A stretch of DNA of 36,964 nt from positions 1,337,262 to 1,374,225 of the forward strand of contig NC_068984.1 in the NCBI RefSeq assembly GCF_001194135.2. Direction: 5' to 3'. The notes under the pieces are model-generated. The model did not search any database. It worked only from the letters and a program-made list of their open reading frames with translations, and was not told the DNA's origin. Shown one piece after another: positions 12,783 through 22,526 of the stretch. The DNA comes from Octopus bimaculoides (Eukaryota). Each line of letters begins with the position of its first letter. Positions within the stretch are counted from its first letter, which is position 1. A program made the translations under genes and the position numbers.

Positions 12783-12851
12783 CTTAAGATGAAGTAGGCA
12801 ACAACAATGCCAAATATAAATGACCACACCAACAGAAATAGATGAATGTAA
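12783..12851 (-). CDS. SNX14: SNX14 coding exon 2 (YIHLFLLVWSFIFGIVVAYFILS)
   Basis: ctacag| acceptor and AG|gtaagt donor, 69 nt. Resembles the vertebrate SNX14 second TM segment YIHILMIFWSFVAGVV. Confidence 0.9.
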
Positions 12852-14469
12852 CTGTAGTAGAATAATAATAATAATAATTAATAATATCATTTATAACAAT
12901 AATGTTATTATTTGGAAACAATTAATCAGTAATCACTTTTTCATTGTTATATATATATATATATATATNNNNNNNNNNNNNNNNNNNNNNNNNNNTATGT
13001 ATGTATGTATGTATGTATTACTCAAAGGAATTCCAAATCTGTCTTTTTCACATTTTATTTATAATCTTCTAATATTAATATAAGATATAAAATAATATAG
13101 TGAAATGACATTAATTGTCTATTCTTCTGGAACTCGTAAACTTTCTTGCATTTATGCAACCTTCAGATTCATTGATGATGACAGCTGTGATTATTGGTTT
13201 CACACACACACACACACTCTCCCAACTACATGGATTGACTTCTGTGGTGTGTGTCACTCCTATTTCTCACTAAAAATCTACACACATACATATATCACAT
13301 GCCATGGGCCTTTAACTCCTCGATGGAGTTATAGGAGTGTCATCCAATCCTAAAGCTTGTCCTTGGGTATTTTTATTCAAAACTCTGCAAAAGTCTGGTG
13401 CAAATTCTTTATGGTTCAAAATGTTGCTTACTTTTTACTTAATCTGATAGAAATGGTGAAGGAAATTTACCATATCTAGATATTTGTTTAAGTAAATCTT
13501 GTTATATATTGGAAAGGTTATTACACCAATAATAATAAACATGCACTGGTTCAATATTACTTCTTCATTGTTAGCCAAACCAGTGCATGTGTTTATTTAT
13601 CATTGGTACAATGACCCTCCCAAGACACAAGATTTGTTATTAACATGTTGTCAGAGAATTGTTTTAATAAAGTCTTGTTTGTTCGCTAAGATTCAACAAA
13701 ATATTTTGCCCTCATAATACCATAGTAACAAACTGCATAAATTTTATCAGCTTTATCTGGCTTCATACATTTGAAAATTTCTTTGAAACTGGATAATGAA
13801 TTTATTAGAGACTTTTGCATTAATTACCCTTTAACATAGGAGGATTCATTCCAATTAATGACAGTAAATTCTTCTGAAATGTGACATTAACATCCGTTTT
13901 CCATACTGGCATGGGCTGGACAGTGGCAGAAGCTGCACTGGGCTCCAATTGTTTGTTTCAGCATCGTTCCTATAGCTTGATGCCCTTTCCAAACACCAAT
14001 CACACTTTACAGAGTGTACTGGGTGCTTTTCACATGCCACTAGCATGAGTGCATCTTACGTGGCACCAGCACCTGCAAGACAAAGACCTCTCAGCTCTCT
14101 TGCACACAACATCTGACACCTCTTACACCCAGTTTTCCTCTTAAAATCATTTACCCTGTCATGCCTGCACACTGACATTACCCAGCCAGCAGAGCCGGCT
14201 GCTTTCATTTCTTTCAAGCCTTCCCATGTCCTCCTGCAGTCAGAGCCCATATTTCACTGCCATGTAACATAGCTGTACATACACACACACACACACATTA
14301 TACAATCTGCCTTTCACTCTGAGGGAGAGGCCCTTAGTCACCAAAAAAGGTAGAAGCTCTCTGGACTTTGCCCAGCCCATTCTTATTCTAGCAATTACAC
14401 TTTCAGAATTTCCTTCTCCACTGCTAACTTGGTTACCTAGGTAACAGAAGCTATCTACTATTTCTAAGG

Positions 14470-15685
14470 ATGATCCCCACTGAGCATTTGAGGGAGTCTA
14501 TTGTCTGTGCATTTTTAGTGCTTATTGTACCCCCACATTTGCCACACACAAAGACTATTTTCTCCATTAACCTACCTGTGATACTGCTACACCTCTTATG
14601 TGTCCAAAGCTTGCACTGGGTACAACGTATGGAGTTTCTACCAACACCCAACTTATGCATTGAGCAAGGCCATCTCCCTGAAGGGACTTGTGATTTGTTT
14701 GTTTTCCTGCTTACTAGGACTTTGGATTTTGTTAAATTAACTCCAAGGCCCTTAGATTCCAGGCCTTACTGCCACACCTGAAATTTCTTCTCTAGGTCAG
14801 GTAGTAATTCAGCTTTAAGAACAAGGTCATCAGTAGAGGAGCTTGCATGAAGCAGCCAGTCTTGAATTCCTCTGTTATGGCCTGGAGGACTAAGATAAAC
14901 AAGATGGGGCTGAGAACTGATCCTTGGTGAATTCCTACCTGTACACTGAATTCATTGCTATACGCGTTGCCAACCTTCACCTTACTGGCAGCATCCCTCT
15001 ACATGGCTTGTATAGCTCTTATTGACCACTCATCTGTTCCTAGCTTCTGCATTGTCCACCAGATAAGGGTGTTGTTGGCCTCGTCAAAGACTTTCTTCAC
15101 ATCAACAAAAGCCAAGTCCAGAGGCTTATTTTAGGCTAAACACTCCTCCTGCAGTCACCTTACCAAGAATATGGCATCAGTCATGCTTCTCCCAGGCATG
15201 AAAACCAAACTGCATCTCATTTCGGCTAACATCATGATCTTCTCTCATACACTGTCTTGGCATCTGAAACACTTCAATCCCCTTGTCATCATGCCACAGA
15301 ATACCGGCAAGCTTCCACTTTTCTGCTTCCCCTCTGGTTAAGTGTACCTGTCTCTCAGGCTCCCTTCTAGCTACCTGATATAGTTCCCTGCTATCATCAC
15401 ACTTCCAGTACTTTCTGGCCTGTTTCTTTTCTCTAATGGCTCTGTCAACTATACTGTTGCACCAGCATATTACCTTACGTTGAGAGGAGACTTCCACTAG
15501 CCACAAATTCGGCCAGTGGCCCTCGACAGGTTGTCCCATAGGAACCTCCAGTTGTCCTCGTCAAGTGCTTCAAGTAACACATCTCTAAATCTCTGAATAT
15601 TCAGAGGACCCTTGAGCTTCCAGACCTTGCTTTTCCACACTGGTTGTCAACTTGGCAGCATTCTAGCCCCGAGTCTGAAGTTGCT
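14470..15685 (-). mobile_element. RTE LINE ORF2 fragment (RT plus Cys-rich region), frameshifted
   Basis: QFGFMPG, VDVKKVFD, VGIHQGSVLSPILFILVLQAITEEFKTGC and CTQCKLWTHKRCS...FVCGKC. Confidence 0.9.
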
Positions 15686-15899
15686 TTTGCTGTAATCTAT
15701 AATTTCAAGAAGTCAATAACTAACCAGAGAAATATTTCAAACTTAGTTCTCCACATACAGAGCTGTTTGACCCATGTTTAATAATATATGACAAACAGGT
15801 CCTCTACAGACCAGTATAAATAACCAAAGGACATTTGTTAAATCACAGTTTTACTGTTATTCATTAACATGACAATAACAGACAGATGTAAAATTTCCA

Positions 15900-16620
15900 A
15901 AACTACATATCTCGTGGAAGCCGTACATTATAGGAAAACGATGTCTGCCCTTGAACATTTTGGTGAAAGCACAGTTGTTGCCCTTGACATTAGGAAAACT
16001 TTGCCTTGTGTTTGCCTCCAAACATCTCTACAAACATATTCTGTTGGTTCTGTCCAAAATAAATGGCCAAGATTTAGTCATTGTCACATCATCAACTGAT
16101 GGAGCTTTTCTTCACTACCCGAAAACCACAACTAAAACCATCGCAAAAAAAAACTCTCACTAAAACAACATATTCGTCGCGAAGTCAAAACTGCTTCGCA
16201 AACGTTGGCTTTTCTTTCTGAAATCAGAAAATATTTCAGATCTGAGCATCTAAAAACACAGAATTTAATACAAAGAAAACACTAAAACTGTACACCAGTT
16301 GTACACGCTGAAAACACAGTCCAGATCACTTAACATAGAAAACCTTACGCAGACTGAGAGGCCGACCTTTAACGAGCAACATTCTACAGAATAGTGAACC
16401 ACTATCGAGCTTTGTACACCTCTTTGCAATTTATACTGCTACTACAATAGTCATTGCTCCTTTAAACCTACTCACCGACTACTGCCCCTATGTAAACCCA
16501 CTCCTTGATTGTTACCCATAGCATTTTCCCTTTTGAATATCTTCCAAACACTATTACTTTTTCTTAATTCTGCGCCCAAGAATTACAGCAATTATTTCAC
16601 CAACCACTGAAGTAAAATAA
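15900..16620 (+). mobile_element. Decayed CR1/L2-group LINE fragments
   Basis: LEHFGESTVVALDIRK (RT motif) and LCNLYCYYNSHCS (C-terminal LFYRYY.G.CS-like) remnants. Confidence 0.45.
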
Positions 16621-17169
16621 TTCAAACACAACATATTTACCACAAATTTCCTTAATTCTCGTCAAGAAAATCTAATGAACAAATATTACGGCATGTCTTT
16701 CTTTGTCAACCCATCTTTCGTACTTTTGTTTTAATTGCACGCACACAATCAATTTACAATAATGACGCCTACCACACACATAACTGACGCAACGTAATTA
16801 GATTTTCTAATAAATACTTTTATAGATGGACATATGACAATAAGGTAAAATATAGTAATTGTAAAATCGAGCATTATTAAGCAGAAATACAAAAAATGTG
16901 TAATTTCTGGAAACAGAAAACACTTGTAAACAACAAACGTATGGGTGTGTGTGTATTTAGATATATATATATATATATATATAGATATATATATACACAT
17001 ATATAAACACTCACAAGGGCGTGTGTGTGTATTTGTAGGATGCGTTGTCCAGTGGAAGATTCTAAGTAGACACATTAATAATTATGTTTTCATTAGACGA
17101 AATTTTGGTTGAATAATGAAAATATAACAACAACAAAAATAACAGTCCATATAACAGTTTTGTACTTAC

Positions 17170-17270
17170 GTGTGAAAGATAATTGATGCAATAAACAGCA
17201 CCAAGACTGCTGACGTGAATTTTGTATGGTTCTGAGCATAGAATTTTATAAGATACCACGGGATAGCCAT
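17170..17270 (-). CDS. SNX14: Sorting nexin-14, coding exon 1 (MAIPWYLIKFYAQNHTKFTSAVLVLFIASIIFHT)
   Basis: ATG in AAAATGG context, 101 nt, ends AC|gtaagt (phase 2). Encodes a hydrophobic first TM segment and splices in frame to the YIH exon. Confidence 0.85.
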
Positions 17271-17918
17271 TTTATTATAATTAAACTCTAATATGTGCGG
17301 TGTATGGGCGAGTTTCACTGGAATGTTTTAAGTGGACAAGTTAACCATGTTCAACGATTTACGACATAATTAAGTGCACGAGGGGAGATAAGCAGGTCGT
17401 TATATATATAGTGATTATGTCCCCTTATATAATTGATATGGTAATTAGTGTACAATAGCGTCGTTGGTTATGTGAACGGTAGGTGACGGGCAGGTTTCCT
17501 GAAGTTGGTATTGCAAACCATAAGATCATTTGCATCGCAGAACTCCAGCAGTTTAATTGAACAATACAATCATTACATCAATTTAAATGCAAAACTATCC
17601 TCAGCAGCATAAATAAATTAATAGAGTTAATTTAATACTATAGCCAAAAGGATAAATTTTTGAATAATTTTGAGTATATTCCAAAATTTACAACAATAGA
17701 GAGAGGAAATAAATTAGAATAAGTTTAATATTTATTCATATACTTAAATATTTACTTATTAGATGGTATCTAACATGGGCGTTACATGATGATGATTGAA
17801 CGATTGAATGAATGAATGAACGAATGACCTTTGGTAGAGTTACCTCCCATCAATCATAACTCTCTTATATCTGGAAAAGGGATTTAGTATCGATGAGTGG
17901 TTGGACCCGCAATTTGCG
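17271..17918. promoter_or_regulatory. Putative bidirectional promoter and 5' UTRs of SNX14 and NDUFAF5
   Basis: 648 bp between two divergent ATGs, no recognisable TE, more CpG dinucleotides than the flanking introns. Transcription start sites are not determinable from sequence. Confidence 0.7.
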
Positions 17919-18944
17919 ATGTCTTCTTCGCGGATTTTGTTTTGCTGTCATCGTCCACGTTTATTTTATCATGCTCCATTTTGTATCAAATATTTTTCTC
18001 ACACAATGACATTTAACAGATATCTTGCAACACAAAAACAAATTATCATGAATGTCTTTGATCGTCAAACAAAACGTCTTCAACGTGAAAGGACAGCGTT
18101 TGAACCAAACCAAGAAAAATATGAATATGTTAAAGATGTTGTTGGCTTTCGTCTTGCTGACCGAATCTGTGACGTGAAGAGAAAGTTTGATACTGCATTG
18201 GATCTGGGCTGCGGTTATGGCCATGTCTCCAAGTGTATTTACAAAGATATGGTAGGAACTTTATATCAATGTGATATGTCTCAAGGTGTTTTGCGCAAAA
18301 GTGCCGTGTCTTCTGAAGTACCGACTTATAAAGTTTTGGTCGATGAAGAATTTTTACCTTTCCGTGCAAATAGTTTGGACCTGTGTGTTAGCAGTTTATC
18401 TCTTCACTGGGTGAATGATCTCCCGGGAACTTTCCGACAGATAAATGAATGTTTGAAAAAGGACGGTTGTTTTATTGGATGTATATTTGGCTCGGACACC
18501 TTGTATGAACTTCGGGTGTCATTACAGTTGGCCGAAACAGAGCGAGAAGGCGGCTTTGCCCCTCATATATCTCCCTACACTGATGTCAGGGAACTGGGGG
18601 GTTTACTCACTCAGGCAAATTTCTCCTTATTAACGATAGATTTCGACGAAATCGTCATTAATTACCCTTCCATTTACGAATTGCTGTTTGATTTACAAGG
18701 GATGGGAGAAAGTAATTGTGCATGGTCACGCAAGAATTTCTTACATCGGGATTCAATGCTCGCCGCTGCTTCCATTTATAAAGAAATGTATGGCACTGAG
18801 AACAGTATACCAGCTACATTTCAAATTCTTAATTTTATAGGCTGGAAACCAGACCCTTCACAACCTAAACCTGCCGCAAGAGGTTCAGCGACAGTTTCTC
18901 TGAAAGACTTAAGTAAACTTGATCAATTAACGAAAGAGAAGTAA
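17919..18944 (+). CDS. NDUFAF5: Arginine hydroxylase NDUFAF5 (mitochondrial complex I assembly factor, SAM-methyltransferase fold), 341 aa, intronless
   Basis: Uninterrupted ORF containing VFDR, ALDLGCGYG (SAM motif I), DEEFLPF, SSLSLHWVNDLPG, LYELRVSLQLAETEREGGFAPHISP, DLQGMGESN and IGWKPDPSQPKPAARGSATVS. The N-terminus is Arg/Ser-rich and lacks acidic residues. First in-frame ATG is 17919; the ORF track starts at a TTG at 17901. Confidence 0.97.
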   Translation: MSSSRILFCCHRPRLFYHAPFCIKYFSHTMTFNRYLATQKQIIMNVFDRQTKRLQRERTAFEPNQEKYEYVKDVVGFRLADRICDVKRKFDTALDLGCGYGHVSKCIYKDMVGTLYQCDMSQGVLRKSAVSSEVPTYKVLVDEEFLPFRANSLDLCVSSLSLHWVNDLPGTFRQINECLKKDGCFIGCIFGSDTLYELRVSLQLAETEREGGFAPHISPYTDVRELGGLLTQANFSLLTIDFDEIVINYPSIYELLFDLQGMGESNCAWSRKNFLHRDSMLAAASIYKEMYGTENSIPATFQILNFIGWKPDPSQPKPAARGSATVSLKDLSKLDQLTKEK

Positions 18945-19259
18945 TTTAAACTGTAGACAAATTTATATCCTTCGAGAGAATTTTTTTGTTTTATTTATTT
19001 ATATTGGAATGCAAAGTTGAGATAAAACATTTTTTCACAGCAGTAAGTTATTATTTTTCTTTGGCTCTGAATTTCATTTATTATTGAAGTATAATGAAAT
19101 ATTAAATATTTCTGTCTTTTTTTCATTTTTTTTTTTTTTTTTTTTTTTTGTACTGAAACGAGATCGAAAGTAATAGAGTAAAAAAATGTAAATGGAATTC
19201 AAATAAATTTAGTTAAGTAATTTATGAAAATATTAAGATGTTCTTAGTTTGATATAAAA

Positions 19260-19560
19260 TAATGAGTTTGAAACGTCTTTTCCATGACATGCAATGAGCC
19301 CCCCAAATCATGACTCTGATGCCATTTTTACGAAGAATGGTCAGCAGCAACTCCACCTCGCAGTGTTCATTTCTCAGACAGGCCAATTTTGCAGAGAAAT
19401 TTGGTAGTGCAGGGTCCAAGAACACCTGGGGTTTCCACATCAACCAGCACAAACAGCTGGTCAGGTCCCTGTAAGAAATAATCTTCATCTCCATATCTCT
19501 GAAGTTGGTGGCAATAGGCCAGTCGGGAGCTTCTGGTGGAGGTGGTGACACACCAGTATG
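19260..19560 (-). mobile_element. Decayed Tc1-like transposase fragment
   Basis: RLAYCHQLQRYGDED (RL.FA..H..W..EDW-like) and RKNGIRVMIWG (KHGGGSVMVWG-like) in different frames. Confidence 0.4.
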
Positions 19561-20154
19561 CTGGGTCAGATGCCATAATACAAGGCAAACAACATTATAG
19601 AGTGTAAGATTTATTGAAACTAAATTCTGTCTTTGAGTTTCATGTCACATAATCATCAGGCAGGAACTACTCTAAAGATTCTTTTAGATGAGCATTAACC
19701 ATCAGATGACAGATCACTTTGGAAGCATACTTTTGCCAGCAATAGTTACTCTCAGGGAATACGGCATACAATAAATATGGTTTCACTTTTATTAAACTTC
19801 TTGGTACTTACACAAAATGATGAAATGAATAATTTTCAAAAAGTAAAAAACACTGAAAACAAAATTACTCTCCATGTTTTTATATTGTGAAAAATCCCTG
19901 CCTTTTTCTCTCTCCCTCTCCATATACATCTTCATTATTTAATACCCACTTTCTGTGCTGGCTTGGGTTGGACAGGGAACTGATAAACTGCATCAAACTC
20001 CAGTGTCATCTTTGCCAATGTTTCATGGCTGCTACTGCCCCCCCCCCCCGTGTGCACTCATCTGTGGCCTCTTATGTTTATCCTCTCTTCCACTCTCCCC
20101 ATACAATAAAAAGCATGACCAATCAACCAACCAACATTTCATCTCATTAGTGAA

Positions 20155-20470
20155 GGCATGTGGCTTTGTGGTTAGGCTATTCAGCTCACAATCGTAAGGT
20201 CGTGAGTTCACTTCCCACTGATGTGTTGTGTCCTTGAGCAAGACACTTTATGTTGCTCCATTCCGCTCAACTGGCAAAAATGAGTTGTACCTGTAATACA
20301 AAGGGAGTCAGCCTTGTCACATTCTGTATCACACTGTCACTGGGAACTATGTTAATGGTACTAGTGTCTGTGGAGTACACAGCCACTTGCATGTTAATTT
20401 CATGAGCTGGCTGTTCTGTTGATCCAATCAACAGGGATCCTTGTCATCGTCTTAACTGATGCAGAACCAG
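20155..20470 (+). mobile_element. tRNA-derived SINE with a conserved GTGTCCTTGAGCAAGACACTT core
   Basis: A-box-like GGCTTTGTGGTTAG, B-box-like GAGTTCACTTCC and the central conserved domain. Related reverse copies lie near 7690-8055 and 10940-11070. Confidence 0.75.
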
Positions 20471-20629
20471 TTGAAGGTTAATCTCATTATTATCTTGTAT
20501 CCATCAATGTCGGTTTCTTGTTTTGTCTATCAATTTGATTCGTTGCTCTTTTGTCTGATTTTGTGTTCTTTTCATCAGGAAAGGGGGGGGGGTTGTCTTA
20601 ATCTGATTTGTTTTTAATATTTTGTTGTG

Positions 20630-20850
20630 AAGGTGGTGAGCTGGCAGAGTGGTTAGCAAGTCAGGCAAAATGCTTAGCAGTGTTTTGTCCATCTTTACGT
20701 TCTGAGTTCAAATTCCACCGAGGTCGACTTTGCCTTGCATCCTTTCGGGGTCAATAAATTAAGTACCAGTTGCGTACTGGGATTTGATCTAATCGGCTGG
20801 CCGCCTCCCCCAAAATTTCGGGCTTTGTGCCAAGAGAAGAAAAGAATATT
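20630..20850 (+). mobile_element. tRNA-derived SINE, second family
   Basis: A box TGGCAGAGTGG and B box GAGTTCAAATTCC. Reverse copies lie at about 3985-4150, 4215-4345, 5385-5570, 5610-5810 and 35415-35570. Confidence 0.8.
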
Positions 20851-21032
20851 TGATCATGTTAGAGAAAAGTGGGAGAGTCATGTGTTCAATTTTTCTTAGT
20901 TCTGTTGTTTATATTTTGTTTTTGTATTTGGTGTGCAAAATTCTTTATGTGAATTCATGTGTTGAGGCAAATTACGTTGTGTCTAGAGAGAGAGTCATAT
21001 TGTCTTAATGCCTTATTATCTAACACACACAC

Positions 21033-21252
21033 CAGTTCGATTTCCACTCATTTATTATTCATATTTTGTCCCTTTCCAAAGTTTTCATTGCTTTTGCAAC
21101 CTTGTCCATTTATTGGCGTTGCATCCTTTTTTGTCAAAAAAGGACACAGCTCCAATAAATGGACAGAGTCAACATCTAATGACAAGGCTGCAAAAGCAGC
21201 AAAAATTTTGGTAAAAAAAATATAAATAATAAATGAGTGGAAATCGAACCTG
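21033..21252. repeat. Fold-back (MITE-like) element with imperfect arms of about 100 bp
   Basis: The left arm CAGTTCGATTTCCACTCATTTATTATT... is complementary to the right arm ...AATAATAAATGAGTGGAAATCGAACCTG. Confidence 0.75.
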
Positions 21253-21303
21253 TAAAATTCTTGTTTATCCTGTTCGTAACGAACAGGATAAACAAGAATT
21301 TTA
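21253..21303. repeat. Perfect 25-bp inverted repeat with a 1-nt spacer
   Basis: TAAAATTCTTGTTTATCCTGTTCGT-A-ACGAACAGGATAAACAAGAATTTTA. Confidence 0.95.
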
Positions 21304-21499
21304 ATAAACAGGATGTTGATAGACAGAAACTATCATTAGGATAGATAAGTAGAAGCTGCAAATCTCAGTTTCCTTGGCATTTTCTATGAGAAAAGGGAGC
21401 CCAGCAGTGCAGTTAAGGGGTTTGCTTCTCAACTCTCTCATTTCAGGTTCAATTCCACCTCCTCCACAGGCATCAACCACCAAAGTCAAGAGCCATGTC

Positions 21500-21810
21500 C
21501 AACTCCTACCAACATTTCAAGAAAAATGAGATTCCAGCTGTGGATGGGAAAGCTCAAGAACAACCTTCGTCCACCTTGACACAGGTACCTCTTCTGCTGA
21601 AAAACCTTCCTCCTGACTCAGAAGTACCATAGATTCAGTGAAAGACCCTCAACTGCCTCAGAATGAAAACAGGATGATCAAAAGTTACTTTGGTCAGATG
21701 GAGCTACAAGGCCAGCCCAGTTACCTGTGACTGTAGAAAAGAAGACCACACTATGAAACACTGCCTTGTCTGCCCTCTTCAGCTCCTGTGGCACCTTTCA
21801 GAGTTCAATA
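21500..21810 (+). mobile_element. Decayed 3' end of a non-LTR retrotransposon (CCHC zinc knuckle)
   Basis: LNCLRMKTG..KVTLVRWSY...CDCRKEDHTMKHCLVCP matches the LNRLRTG...C.C...QT..H...CP pattern. Confidence 0.6.
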
Positions 21811-22526
21811 AAAATGCAAAGAACTGTGAAGAAATGGCAAACTGTCATATAAGCAGAAGAAGTTGAAAAGCAAAAAACAAGTGCCACAGGTAATAGCTTC
21901 AGCATAGCACCTCCAATATCTGTGAGTAAAAGTTGGTAGATGGAACTATTTCAAAGCCCATCTGAAAAATCGTTTTGGTTTTTTGGCAGTAGGCACAATC
22001 CATTGCCGTATTTCTTGCTGGCCATTACAAAAGTAATCCCAGGTTTTTGACGTTTTGCATGATGTCTATAAAGAAAAGGGCTTGTTTTGGTGTTGTTTGT
22101 TTCTAGTTCTCTGCAAAGCCACATCTAAGCTATTTGTTGTTTGGCAGACCAGAAGATGATTGCCTCACTTGAAAATAGATGGAGTGGGGAGTGACAGGAA
22201 GCAGATCTGACCGTAGAAAACTTTGCTCTCACGTCATCTTGTTTGACCAATGCTAGTAGGGAAATGTCAACATTAAACCAATGATGATGATGTTGGAATC
22301 AAAGGAATTGGCTTTACTCTTTTTTTATTAGAAAATAACATTTTCTTGTCTCAGAAATACAGGATTCCAAACAATGTTTTCCAACATCTGGACCAAAGTT
22401 TTTACTGCATGAAATAATCACAGTTTACAAAGAAGAATTGCTTTCTCAAATCATTTATTTTGCAGTTATCTAATTATGTTATCAATTATGCTATCAATTA
22501 CACTTATCTAATTATGCTATCAATTA

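Noticed and set aside
17528-17895. Octamer ATTTGCAT (17528) and DRE-like TATCGATG (17888) as promoter elements
   Set aside because: These are single short matches, one imperfect, and are expected by chance in AT-rich DNA. They cannot be supported without conservation data.
17901-17918. TTG start of the 347-aa ORF given in the track
   Set aside because: This is a eukaryotic nuclear gene, and an in-frame ATG with a -3 purine lies at 17919.
20630-20720. tRNA gene
   Set aside because: A and B boxes are present but there is no complete cloverleaf, and the sequence continues into a SINE body found in many copies.
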